DNA of 64,000 nt from Macrostomum lignano (taxonomy: Eukaryota). The stretch spans positions 248,001 through 312,000 of the forward strand of contig NIVC01000984.1 of the NCBI GenBank assembly GCA_002269645.1, written 5' to 3'. Below are positions 51,112 to 63,641 of the stretch, piece by piece. Made by a program: the position numbers and the translations under genes. The first letter of the stretch is position 1. Each line of letters opens with the position of its first letter. The notes under the pieces were generated by a model, which saw nothing but the letters and a program-made list of their open reading frames with translations, did not search any database and had not been told where the DNA came from.

Positions 51112-54100
51112 ATGAGCTTAAGCCGGAGCTTTGACTCAAAAACCCGCTCCCTTCCGCAGAGGCCTCGAAGGCGGTCCCTGCTTCAGGCGTTGCGTCACGA
51201 CAGCCACTGGAAGTGCTTCTGCCTGACGGCCGCGGTTGTAGCCTGTCTGGTTGCTGTCAGCTGGTGTCGCGTGTTCGTGCCTGCTACTGATGACAACGCA
51301 GCTGCAGCCGCAGCGGTGGAAACGGGTGCAGCTCACGACGGAGAGCGAGAGCGCAGGTGCGACAGAGCCCAGCTGTACGCGCCTACAGGCCTGGCGATGC
51401 TGTTTTACCTGGCCTACCTGATCGAGTGCTGGGGCAGCCATTCGCGAATGCAGGTTTGGCATAAGGTGAGAATTTCATCACACTTGTCACACTTATTTTG
51501 ACACTTGTCCTACTGCATACAACGCAGAGACTTGAAAGCACACGGATGATTTTCATTGAAATCGGCTCTAAGCCTGTCTAGCAGCTGTCTCTAGCCTGTT
51601 CGGTCCTAGAGATTCAAGACCTCTTGTAACAGCGCGCGCGCTCTTCTGTTGTTGTTGATATTCAGCGTCCTTCTTCGAACTTCAGCGCTCACTCATTTTT
51701 CTATTTGATTTGGTCAGCATTTGGACTGTAAAATTCGTTTCCGTGTTTCTTCAGGTCATGAATTAGGTCGGCACAGTGTGTTACTTGTACCTCACTGCAC
51801 GTGACACCGAAGGCCATAACAGGGTGCACTTTCTTAAGCATAGGAAGTACCTTACCTGAAACAGTGTTTTAAATTTAAAGTAAAGGTCCATAAAAATAGC
51901 TAATACGCATATGTTATAAATGCATCAATATCTGACTCACTTGTAAAATATAATACTCAAACGACCACATCCGAGAACTTTTAAATGCATACACAACTCG
52001 GATAATATAAAACTGGTGCAACTTGAGGCTTTTGGATTTCTGGTGGTAAAAAAAGTTTTTTTTCAGCAACAGACGGAGCCGGCATGATGGCATGCAAATG
52101 CCATGCAAATTGGTTCCCGCGAACAGAAACTTCAGTCAGGCACCGCCAGCCTGGCAGCTGCGCTTCTTCGAGTCGAATTGTGACAAATTTCTGAAACCGA
52201 ACCGAAATCAAGCGAAGCTGGGCATAAAAATTTGTGGTTACTGCTTACTGTTGTTGGACATTAGTGAGGTGAGCTACAACCAATAAATAAATATTTGTAG
52301 CAGAGTTGTGGGCATCCGTTCGGCGAAAGCGTTCCGCAACCAGCACTGAGACAATTTTGTTTGTTCATTTTGCTGACTTTTGAGCACTGACTGGCGCTGA
52401 CGACTTACAAATCGTCAGACATGTGCACCCTCTGTGCCTTGGGGGTTGGCCCTCATGAATGTTCATCGCACGACAACCCAGAGACGAATGCGGCCACGAA
52501 CGGAATCGAACCAGGGGTCGCGGTGCGAGAGTCAGACGCGTCTACCGTTGAGCTGCTCTTTCCCATCTCTATTTCGTGATTATCTCATAATTTCATCATG
52601 ATTATCTCATCATTGATTCTTAACTTTTGCTCATTATCTCTTTTTTTTCATCGATGGAACCTTGTATTCCATATTATCAATTGTTGTGCTATCGTGCCCA
52701 TTGTACTCTCGCCCCACCCTACCTAGTCTGCCCAAAGCCTCCAGTTTTCTCTAACGTGCTCACATAGATCGAGCGGTGGTCCCATGGATGGGCGCACTTT
52801 TTTTCATCAATAACAGCCATTTGCTCGTCGATTATAGTCATTTTTGCGTTGATTTCAGTCATATTTCTTAACTATAAAGGCTCCTGTGTCTCGCGTCTAT
52901 CAACTGCTGGACCGGATGCGCGCCGCTCTGCCCCTTCTATGGTGGAAAATGACCGCCTATCACTATTCTAGGCGCCAACATGGCGCCAGGCAGAACTTGC
53001 GCCGGCGCTACATTGTTTCCAGAGGCGGCGGAAACGTCTGCGATAGCGGCGGCGGCGTCGGCGGCGGCGGCTGCGGCAGAGGTCAGTCGCTGTACCAGCG
53101 GGTCAACAGTCGGACAGTTACGGGTGCGTTCAATTTCTCCGTCTGCGGCTGTCTTGACACCAGCTATCGGCTGTGGGGCTTGGAGCGGTTTCCAGCGACT
53201 AGGGTGGACTTCTCCAAGGTATGCAACTGTTTGAATGTTCTGTTAGCAAAACCGCTTGAGTAACTTGGCTAACCGGTTCAGTATCTTGTTAGCAAAACCG
53301 CTTGAGTAACTTGGCTAACCGGTTCAGTATCTTGTTAGCAAAACCGCTTACGTACTCGTAGCTTGACCCACAAGCAAACACAAATTGCATATTCGAATCA
53401 ACATGCAACCGACGCCCACAGGGATGTACCTTCCTGTGCCCTGAGGCCGAGGTGATGTTCAACAGTCAACGCGCCGCATTCTACCACAACCACGAAAGAC
53501 TGGACGACTACGCGGAGACTCGCGAAGGCTTTGACCTGCTGCGAGTCAGCTGTCCGGATTACATCATCGCCTTGTCGAAGTCCCGACAGCCCTGGTACCT
53601 GAGCCCTTGGATTTACACCGCCGCAGCGCTGCTGCTTCTGTCCTGGCCGCTAAGGATTGTAATCCAGTGCCGGTTGGCCACGGCTCACTGTCACGTGCAG
53701 AAGTCGTTCGGCCACCTGCTACTGCTGACTAATGATGGTGAGTGGCTGTAACTTTTATGCTGACTATTTTTTAAATGTAGGGACAGATCCAAAAGGGAGT
53801 GACGTAATTACGAGTATCTGGATACAATAGTTGAGAGACAGGAGTAACTTAGCGAACATGATGATCAATTAGTCTTTCGAAATGACTTTCTAGCTAATGT
53901 ACAAATATGGTTTGTGAACGGCTTTTAGTGCTGGTTTTGGGACATAATCGGCCCTCATTGAAAAATATTTGAAAAACTATTTGAAAGCAAAGCGTCTTTG
54001 ACTTGACAGCAAGGACCAAATCCTATGGACTAAATGTAGGTAGGACAGTTTAGCCCCAAACCGTAGCTGGGATTCAAATCCCCAATCCACAGACGGCATC

Positions 54101-54547
54101 ATCAGAGCTGGTAACAGCTTCGACTGCCGATGTCACCGCAACTACCAGCGAAACCGGCGGAGCAGCAGTCCGCCCAGCTACTCGGAAGCCATCGGGATGC
54201 CCCGACCAGCGGTTGTGGCAGCACACGACTCTGGTCAGCGAACGCCGCCACCGCCGCCGTCGTATCGTGACGCCATCTGGCTGCTGCTTCGTCGCGTCTC
54301 GGCATCGCTCAATGATCAACGGCAACAACAGCAGCAGGCTGCTTACGACGACAATGATTACACTGACGAAACCGAAGACCGGCGACCTCGCAGCCGCCTC
54401 CAGCTCGGGCTGCCTGACTCAAACGGATTCGAACTGTTGCCGCGCAGCTCCAGCGAATTGATCCGACCGCCGCTGTTGCTTAGCAACCGACTGATTATTG
54501 CCAATCCGGGAGCGACTGAGGCGGCGACTCAAGCTGACGAAGTTTAA
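51112..54547 (+). CDS. TMEM151: TMEM151 family membrane protein; exons 51112-51465, 52880-53218, 53422-53737, 54093-54547 (~487 aa)
   Basis: SHWKCFCLT, YLAYLIECW, WWKMTAYHY, LDDYAETREG, LLLSWPLR, HCHVQKSFG match TMEM151A/B motifs. GT-AG junctions with phases 0, 0, 1 are consistent. Confidence 0.92.
52400..52565 (-). mobile_element. tRNA-derived SINE of a second family
   Basis: Minus strand GGGAAAGAGCAGCTCAACGGTAGACGCG...GGTTCGATTCC with A and B boxes, but no clean acceptor stem. The 3' boundary is uncertain. Confidence 0.6.
53250..53350. repeat. 46-bp tandem duplication (about 2.3 copies)
   Basis: GTTAGCAAAACCGCTTGAGTAACTTGGCTAACCGGTTCAGTATCTT repeated in TMEM151 intron 2. Confidence 0.9.
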
Positions 54548-54639
54548 AAAGCGGACTGCCTAATTATGTGAATGAAACCACAACAGAGTAACTTATCAGT
54601 GCATTTTCCTAAGTTTGCTTAATATAAGATGGACCCTAT

Positions 54640-55445
54640 CCAATAGACGGGACCTGCTGTCTGTTAGGCTTTCACCATGACGTCTTCTGTATCCCAGCCC
54701 ACACAGCCCAAGCCTCAAGCACAGTCAGAATGTACAAAAACGATTCTCCACGAGCCTATGGCATCTGATCTGCTAAGAAATTTCATATGAACCTTTGGAA
54801 TGTGAACAATTTCCGTTGAGCCAATTGGCGTCTGAGCAACACCTATGACTAACCCTATGAAGGACCACTAGAACTTGCTTAAAGCTCCAAGACTGCGGAT
54901 GACCTGTTCTCATTAATCTCAAATCTGTGGTCTGCGGCTCAATTTGCTGCTGTACTCGTAATATACTCAAAGTTATCTAAACCTAACATAACCTGTTTTT
55001 GCCTCACAAAAGCAATAAATCTTAATGCCCTACCGCGCTTTTTTTGCTGGAGTGTAATTGGCGGAACAGCACTCTTCCTCTGAACAGCACCAGTTCTTCT
55101 ACGCTTAGCTTCTTCTATGGCATGTTCCGGCAGATCTGCGGCACACAGTTGATGAAGGGCCTGCCCTTAGCTAGAGGATCAGCGGTGCCAAAGTTGGTGC
55201 AGTCGTAGAAGCGTAGTAGACTGCTGATCTGCTGACGCCTGTCTCTTTGCAGACAGGCTCGCAGCTGGAAGAATGGTGTAGCATTGAACTCCATTTTAGA
55301 CCAATGGAAACGTTGAATGCACCATCGTCAGCGGCAATATCTTGTTTGCCTTGATCTGTTTCGTCTTCATCATCAGTGAAAACACTGTCGTCTTCTTCTT
55401 CAAACTCACGATCGGTGTCGGGGTCAAAATGCCTTGCTCGATTCA
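54640..55445 (-). mobile_element. Decayed piggyBac-like (PGBD) transposase fragment
   Basis: Acidic N-terminus FEEEDDSVFTDDEDE, then LRFYD...DPLAKGRPFI, KLSVEELVLFRGRVLFRQ, YTPAKKAR*GIKIYCFCEAKTGY across frameshifts. Confidence 0.85.
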
Positions 55446-55451
55446 TCATGA

Positions 55452-55758
55452 CAATAATAATAATAATAATAGTGCTAATTGATTGCACTTGCCCCAATCG
55501 ACAGATGTGCAACCGACAGCTCAGCCGCAGCTATTGCGCGGCGCATCTGAAGGCTGCGTACGGCTGTTCAGTCCAAGGACTGGGGGTCGCCACACACCAA
55601 AATTACCCCAGCTAATGCTGGCACCCATTTTACAGCTGAGTGAACTGAACCAATGCAGAGTTAAGTGTCTTGCTCAAGGACACAAATTGTTCCGAGTAGG
55701 TCGGGAATCGAACCTCCGACCTTTTAGTCCAACGCTTTAACCACTAGGCTACAACCCC
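55452..55758 (-). mobile_element. tRNA-derived SINE (fuller copy)
   Basis: tRNA-like head with B box GGTTCGATTCC, central GTGTCCTTGAGCAAGACACTTAAC block typical of many metazoan SINEs, and (ATT)n tail. Confidence 0.85.
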
Positions 55759-56449
55759 AGAAGATAAATCTGCTCTATTCCCATGCAGCCTTGGCACCCA
55801 AGCAATCACCCGACTTGAACTGCGAACGAAAGAATTGTAAAAAAACACGGCTTAAGTAACCAACATATCCTTACGCAGTCGCGTTGAATCTTTTATGAAC
55901 ACAAATCTAATAAAACTGTTTTTAACAATTTTGTTTAAACAAATCTGTATTTTATATATTGTCATTGTAATCAGATTAAGATTCACCAGTCCCAGTATAT
56001 ATGTATCATAGTAGCCAGTAGTAAATGTACATTAACGGAATTTCTCTCTGTACTTCAGTGCCGTCAGGCTCTGGCTGGGGAAAGAAGGCCCAGTTGGTTG
56101 ATCTAATTCACGTTAGGGATGATCAGCTATTGTTTTCCCACGTATTTATATCCCCCGGAGTATACTAGTGTCACTGTTAATTGAAAAATAGGTCGTTAGT
56201 AGCTTTTAATAAATATAAAATATATATATAACAGTATTTCGGTGCAATTTTATAATGACACTGAGGCATCTTACGCAGAAAAGGATAAATTATATACACA
56301 ATACCAGAACGCCAATACGTTATGGATGTACACGCCAGCATAACTAAAGTACTTCGACAGTGCCAATGTGCTTCTTGGTCTGGGCTTGGGTGGCGAGAGG
56401 TTCGACTTTGGTTGCTTGCTTTGGTTAGGAAAAGGTCGAGATGAGAGCC

Positions 56450-56870
56450 TGCAGGGGCTGAGAGAAGAACGGACTGACACAGGCAAACAGACGTAGACAG
56501 ACTGGTACAGGCATACAAACAGACTGAGACAAACAGACTGAGACAAACAGACTGAGACAAACAGACTGAGACAAACAGACTGAGACAAACAGACTGAGAC
56601 AAGCAGACTGAGACAAACAGACTTGAGACAAATAGACAGAGTCAGACAGACTGAGGCAAACAGACTGAGACAGACAGAGACAAGCAAGCAAACAGACTGA
56701 GATAAATAAACAAGCAGACAAACAGACGGAGACAAACAGACGGAGGCAAACAGACTGAGAGAGACAGACAGACTGAGACAAACAGACAGACTGAGAAAAA
56801 CAGACAAGCAGACAAACAGGCAGAAAAAAAAAAACAGGCAGAGACAAATAGACGGAGACAGACAAACTTT
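56450..56870. repeat. 14-bp-based minisatellite (AGACAAACAGACTG)
   Basis: Direct array. Confidence 0.93.
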
Positions 56871-57011
56871 AGGCTGTTTCGACACAAAGCAGAGTATATC
56901 TTATTTTATTAGCTACCCCTAACAAACGCGAATGGCCGAAACAGATTTTAATAAAGAAAAGCTGAATTCGAAAAAAAACAGAGACGGTGAAAAAGACGCA
57001 CTCCACGCAGG

Positions 57012-58120
57012 TCACGTGGCCGCTTGGCCGCGCAGCTCTTTGTCCAAAATGGACTGCAAATCGCTCAGCATGTCGCAGATATCGTCCAAGTTTGAGAACG
57101 AATCGTCTCGTGGTGGCGCTTTGAGACCGTGAAACGGCCGCCGGCTGTGGGGGTGAACAGGAACGGTTTTTTGGTCTTTAAATCACCTCATACAATATCC
57201 TACTCGCATAGTCTCTAGATGGTGCCTGTGATATTTCTGTACCATAATTGAATTCAAATAATATTCTTCATGCAACATCCATGATCTTCCAGTACCACTA
57301 ACGGACTCAAATAATATTCTTCATGCAACATCCATGATCTTCCAGTACCACTATCGGATTCAAATAAATCTTTATGCAACATCCATGATCTTCCAGTACC
57401 ACTAACGGACTCAAATAATATTCTTCATGCAACATCCTTGATCTTCCAGTACCACTAACGGACTCAAATAATATTCTTCATGCAACATCCATGATCTTCC
57501 AGTACCACTAACGGATTCAAATAAATCTTTATGCAACATTCTTGATCTTCCAGTACCACTAACGGGTTTAAAAAATATATTCTTCATGCAACATCCGTGA
57601 TTTTCTAGCACAATTGGAAGCAAACATCACGCACCTGGATTAAAATATTTTCAAGCAGTCTATGATCCAATGCAACTCATGCGGCATCCCGTCATCATTG
57701 CTGAAATCTTCTTCAGGGAAGCTCTCTTACCACTGCTTCGTGTGTCCTTACCGATTAGCGGCTGGCGACGCGCCGGCAGCCGACATCCCGATTAGATGCT
57801 GCTGCTGCCGCTGCGGCACGGGCGGACCAGTGCGCAGGCCGCCGATCTTCGGACTGCCGCCACCACCAGCCGGAGACCGACTAGGCGAGGAATGCGAATG
57901 GCTGTGCGACACCACGCCAGGATGCACCGGCCTCTGCCTGATGGTGCCGCAGTTCTCGTTAGCGAACGGAATGGACGCGGCTGAGTCCGATCTGACTCCT
58001 GCAGCCGGACTGCCACCGCTGACGCCGGCGCCGCTGTGCTGCTGGCTGATCTCTCGGATGACATTCTCGATGACGCTCAAGTTCTCGTACGGTTGATTCT
58101 GATTACTCTGCGGAGCTGGC

Positions 58121-58153
<33 letters not shown>

Positions 58154-61100
58154 TGCTTCTGCTGCTTCTGCTGCTGCTGCTGCTGCTGCTGTTCCGATGG
58201 AGGCGGCGGTGGTGGCGGCGGTGGCGGCGAGCTGTCCCGCTCTGCGCAGCGATCCCGACTGCCCTCTCGGCGAATCGATGTCACTCGTTTCGGCGGCTTT
58301 GGAGGCACCTTCGCCATCGGGACGGCAGCAGCACAGGCGGCGGCGGCCCCGGTGGTTGCAGCAGCATTATTCGAAGGCGACACCGTCGTTGGCACCTCCG
58401 GGATGGCAACGGCCACCGGTCGGCCAAGAATCTTGGCGACGGGCTTGCCAGCTCGCTGGTGCAGCAGCTGCGAGTCCCACTGGCAGGCCTGGTGCTGCGG
58501 CTGGTGCTGGTGAGACCCGGCTTCACTTAGGGCTGCGAATAGAATAGGAAGAAAATGGAGGCTGATATTCGCTGAAACTACTTTAAGTAGCACAATCGAA
58601 GCACTAGGTCTATTTTATGCATGGAACAACTTTTGCGCAGCTAGTTACGGATAAGTTGAGCTTATTTTTAATGAAAAGCGCGGTTTTTTCCAAACAGGCT
58701 ACTGACAGTAAAGCAAAAGGGAGGTGCTTCAAAAGCTAGAAATATCTTTCTGAATCAAGTGTTCTTATCTAAAATTCTTAGCTACAGCGCAATATAGAGA
58801 TCAAGTTTCCAACCGCATTCCCTTCTGAAGGAACTTGATAATATGTTAACACTATTTTTCTAGTATTGATAGGCATGTAGCAGCTCTGCTGCTGAGGCTT
58901 AAGGGAGTCTGGGCGCGTTCAATTAGCTGCTTGATTGACACTCGGTGTGGAAGCACAACACAGTTGGGTAATGGCATGGTTTAGCATGCACTGCACTGCG
59001 TTTTAAACTAATGAAATTCACATGGCATTAGGAACTTTTATACTTTTCTCACTAGCGCTTCGAAGCTGTTTCGAAGACTTTACTTTAAGCAATCAAAGAA
59101 TTAATTAAAGCAATCGGTAAAATAAACTTTCAGTGTAATCGTCAAGACTAATTAAAACAAAGGCTTAGAATTGAGCACAAAGTTTGATAAGCAATCGACC
59201 ACATGAAAAGCGCTTTTTAAAGGAATTTTTAAAAAAATCACCAGCTTAGCAACAGCTTGTATAATAAATTGATTAACAGGTTCGATTTAATAAAGCTACC
59301 TGCCGATTCGAGGATCGGTGACAGCAGCGGGCCGTTGCTGCTGGCCCGGTTCATCGAGTGCGTCGTGGCCAGGAAGCTGGCGCAGCCGCTGCTGCCGCAG
59401 GCGGGGTCTGCGCGGTCGCAGCGAGTGTGAGGAAAAAACGCCAGAGTGCAAAAACGAGGTGCGAAATTCGGGGGGACGGGAGCTCGTTAAAGCCCAGAGG
59501 TCTGGCGCGTTTGCAGTCAAGTCTAACTGCACAAAGTTAAGCAGAGTCGGCTGCGGTTAGCGCGCCAGTGAATAGGCCTGCTAGTGTCACCCAATAACGA
59601 AACCAGCCGAGCTCCTGAGCCCCTGCTGTGATTGGGTAGCAGCACTGTACAAACTGTACACTGCTATTTCTATATATCCTATCAGCGACTACCGGTATGC
59701 GTTTGGGGGGGGGGGGGCAGAACGATTCCGTGTGCAGCCGCACTAATTTGAAGCTTGTGCTCAAGAAGGGGGTTGTCTTGCGAGTCACACCCGTGGGGTC
59801 CAGCCCCCAAGACACAGAGAGTGTACAACATGCCTGACGATTAGACAGTCAGGGCTGCTGTACATCCTGTGTGAGCGTGTGCATGAGTGCTGTGCCTGAG
59901 TACAGTATTGGCGCTTGTGTGTGCTCAGGAGTCAAATGAATGGGCAGAATTGCCGTCAGCGCTAGGGTTGAAGGACGATGTCGCCGAAGGAAGGAATGTT
60001 GAAGGAACTTTTCTGGTACATTTTGACTTTAATAATTTGCCAATTTAACGTGGAACTGTTAAAGTAATTAAAGTAAAATTTTAAAAGAGGATTGTACTCG
60101 CACAGTTTTGTGAACCAGAATAATTCCGGACAAAATCGCATAATTTTTCCTGAAGAACAACCATCTTGGACTCCCATGCACTGGCTTAATATCAACAACC
60201 CAAAGTCCCATCAGACTTAAAATTCGATATCCTTACAACCAGCAGTCCTTGCACATTATAGCAAAGTCAACCTCGGACCCTACAGAACTTTCGTGTGCTT
60301 AACAGGCGGCCACAAAGCAAATGGGACTCACCTGACAGGCATTCGCCGCGCTGAGCATGAGTTCGAATGGCCACCTCGGTGCCAACAGTGTCCTCTGCTG
60401 ATGAAGATTGCTGAGTCTGACAGTTGTGCCTCCGGTCTGGGCTGCTGCCGTGACCGCCAGATGCCTGCAGTCGCTTGAGCCGGTCAGCCAGCAGCATCAG
60501 CTTTTTCTGGTGGCCTGGGAGTGGCGACGGGGGAGAAGCGACGCAGATGTTATTTTGATGTTTTGAAACATTTCTAAGAAACTATAAGTTTGGTCCTTTC
60601 ACCTCTTGTAGTAGAAGGAGTAGCGGAACCCAAAAGAAACCCGAAAGAAGCCTACATCCGACAGAACCTGACACCCGACATAACCTGACACCCGACAGAA
60701 CCTGACACCCGACAGAACCTGACACCTGACAGAACCTGACACCCGACAGAACCTGACACCTGACAGAACCTGACACCTGACAGAACCTGACACCTGACAT
60801 AACCTGACACCCGACAGAACCTGACACCTGACAGAACCTGACACCTGAAAGAACCTGACACCCGACAGAACCTGACACCCGACAGAACCTGACACCCGAC
60901 AGAACCTGACACCTGAAAGAACCTGACACCCGACAGAACCTGACACCTGACAGAACCTGACACCTGACAGAATCTGACATCCTACAGAACCTGACACCTG
61001 ACATAACTTGACACCTGACATAACCTAACACCTGACACAACCTGATACCCGGCAGAACCTGACAGAACCTGACACCTGACAGAACCTGACACCTGACAGA

Positions 61101-63641
61101 ACCTGACACCTGACACAACCTGATACCCGGCAGAACTTGACACCTGACACAACCTGACACCCGGCAGAACTTGACACCTGACAGAACCTGACACCTGACA
61201 GAACCTGACACCTGACAGAACCTGACACCCGACAGAACCTGACACCCGACAGAACCTGACACCTGACATAACCTGACACCCGACAGAACCTGACACCTGA
61301 AAGAACCTGACACCCGACAGAACCTGACACCTGACAGAACCTGACACCTGACAGAATCTGACATCCTACAGAACCTGACACCCGACAGAACCTGACACCT
61401 GACATAACTTGACACCTGACATAACCTGACACCTGACACAACCTGATACCCGGCAGAACCTGACAGAACCTGACACCTGACAGAACCTGACACCTGACAC
61501 AACCTGATACCCGGCAGAACTTGACACCTGACAGAACCTGACACCTGACAGAACCTGACACCTGACAGAACCTGACACCTGACAGAACCTGACACCTGAC
61601 AGAATCTGACATCCTACAGAATCTGACACCTGACAGAACTTGACACCCGACAGAACCTGACGCCCGACAGAAACTGACACCTGACCGAACCTGATCTGCT
61701 ATACAACCAATAAAAACGCTTGCATCTTTCAATAGGTTTTAGAACTGTCCCTACAGATAACCTTTAGGCGAAATTCACTTCAATAGCCCCTTGTTGAGGG
61801 TGGCTTGATCCAACAGATCCAATAGCCACGCAAAGTTTCGGAAATCCTCTCTCTGGGACGGTAGAGCCCCAATAGTTTTTATGACGCAGGACAGTTCGGG
61901 GCAGAGAGAGAGACCAATAAACCCTAGGTTTTACAAGCCGACGGAGGGGGCATCGAGATGGGTAAACGTATCCCAACTAGCTGCTGACGCGGGCCTTATG
62001 GCATAAGCCGACTGAAACAAATCTAAACTGAAAATACAGTTCGCACCTTTACCAACCATCTGGGCCTTTCTCGGCTACTCTTTGGCTAAAGCAACACACG
62101 CTTATTTTCTCTCGTTATTTTAGCTACCGTAGTCTTTTTCTTAGCTTAGCAGCAAATTGGCTTCATCTGCGCCAGTGAAGCTGGGCGGCGGATGGTTGAC
62201 TGTACGGGGCTGCATCAGTATTCTGTATCAGCTATCCCCGTGGCTCTTCATAATGAATCATCATAAAAAACTGTCGCACCGCACAACGCAACGCTTAGTC
62301 ATTGTCGCGTCTTGAAACTGGGAACTGCAAAAAAGCTGATAGAATCCTTGGGACAATCTAATTGGGGATTTACCGGTTGAATCGAATAATCAAATTCAAC
62401 CAGTTTGAATCTCCCTCTCTTGCCAGATTAGTCACCCCAGCATGCGTTTGGACTCCTCCTTCAACAATCTGGTTAACCCCGACCTGTCTCAATTCCAACT
62501 TGGTCACTCTAGCATGCCTTGATTTCATCTTGGTCACTCCGACATGCCTTGATTCCAACTTGGTCACTCTGACATGCCTTAATTTCATCTTGGTCACTCC
62601 GACATGTCTTGATTCCATCTTGGTCACTCTGACATGCCTTGATCTGATCATCTTGGTCACTCCGACATGCCTTGATCTCATCTTGGTCACTCCGACATGC
62701 CTTGATCTCATCTTGGTCACTCCGACATGCCTTGATCTCATCTTGGTCACTCCGACATGCCTTGATCTCATCTTGGTCACTCCGACATGTCTTGATCTCA
62801 TCTTGGTCACTCCGACATGCCTTGATCTCATCTTGGTCACTCCGACATGCCTTGATCTCATCTTGGTCACTCCGACATGCCTTGATTCTAACTTGGTCAC
62901 TCCGACATGCTTTGATTGCAAATTGGGCACTCAGAAGCATTTCTAACCTAGCTTGGTCACTCCGACATCCTGCTTACCCAGTTTTGTCACTCCGACATCC
63001 TCCAAATCCTCCCAGGCCATCTGCGGCAGGTCGCGCGCCTTGGCGAAGCCGTGCTCAGCCAACGCTTCGCCGACATCCGCAGGCAGGCCGAGGCGCTTGC
63101 ACAGCTCCCCGACTGGCGCCAGCGGCGGCGCAGCCCTGGCGGCCTCCTCAACGGGATCAGGCAGGCCGGCAGCGGCGGCCGCCTGCGCCAGCCTCGCCAG
63201 CTCAGCTCTCAGCCGCTTCCGATGCTTCGGATTCGTCAGGCCCACCGCGTTGAGATCCTCCGGCGTGCAGCGCATCATCGCCGCCAGATCGTAGCCGGCG
63301 TCGGCGAAATTGCGATAATAGACGCCAAATTGCGCCTGGTTGAGAAACCGGAGCAGCTGCTCGCTGGGCGACAGGCCCGCGCGGCGCCACTCGTCAGGTC
63401 TGTAGGCTGGCGGCTCAGCGCCGCCGCCCAGGCCGGAGCTCGAGCTCAGCATGGAGGCGCAGTCGTCGCCGCCCAGGCTGCCAGCCGAGCTGCCAGACGA
63501 GCAGGTGGCGCTGCCGATGCTCACCACGCTTTGCCGGGGACCGAGGCCGGAATCGACGGAGCCTTTCAGCCCGTTGGCCGCCGCCGCCGCTCCGGGTGGT
63601 GCCGCGGGTGCGGCTGGTGCTGCAGCATGCGATGCAGATGC
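57012..63641 (-). CDS. CASKIN: CASKIN-like scaffold, 3' part; exons 63641-62978, 60514-60332, 59407-59300, 58532-57752, 57144-57012
   Basis: Tandem SAMs GYDLAAMMRCTPEDLNAVGLTNPKHRKRL and MAWEDLEDVGVTKLG|HQKKLML, a Pro-rich region, and C-terminal NLDDICDMLSDLQSIL (cf. caskin tail). Phases 1, 1, 1, 2 are consistent. Ankyrin/SH3 exons presumably lie outside the window; the 63641 acceptor is tentative. Confidence 0.88.
57255..57600. repeat. 53-bp intronic minisatellite
   Basis: Period 53 (57255 to 57308), about 6 copies. Confidence 0.93.
60655..61690. repeat. 17-bp minisatellite (CAGAACCTGACACCTGA)
   Basis: Direct array in the CASKIN intron. Confidence 0.97.
62455..62975. repeat. 30-bp minisatellite derived from the CASKIN exon end
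   Basis: Minus-strand unit ATGAGATCAAGGCATGTCGGAGTGACCAAG shares ATGTCGGAGTGAC with the exon codons for D-V-G-V-T-K. Confidence 0.92.

Noticed and set aside
57662-58530. Plus-strand ORFs with poly-Leu/Cys
   Set aside because: Antisense shadows of the GC-rich poly-Gln CASKIN exon.
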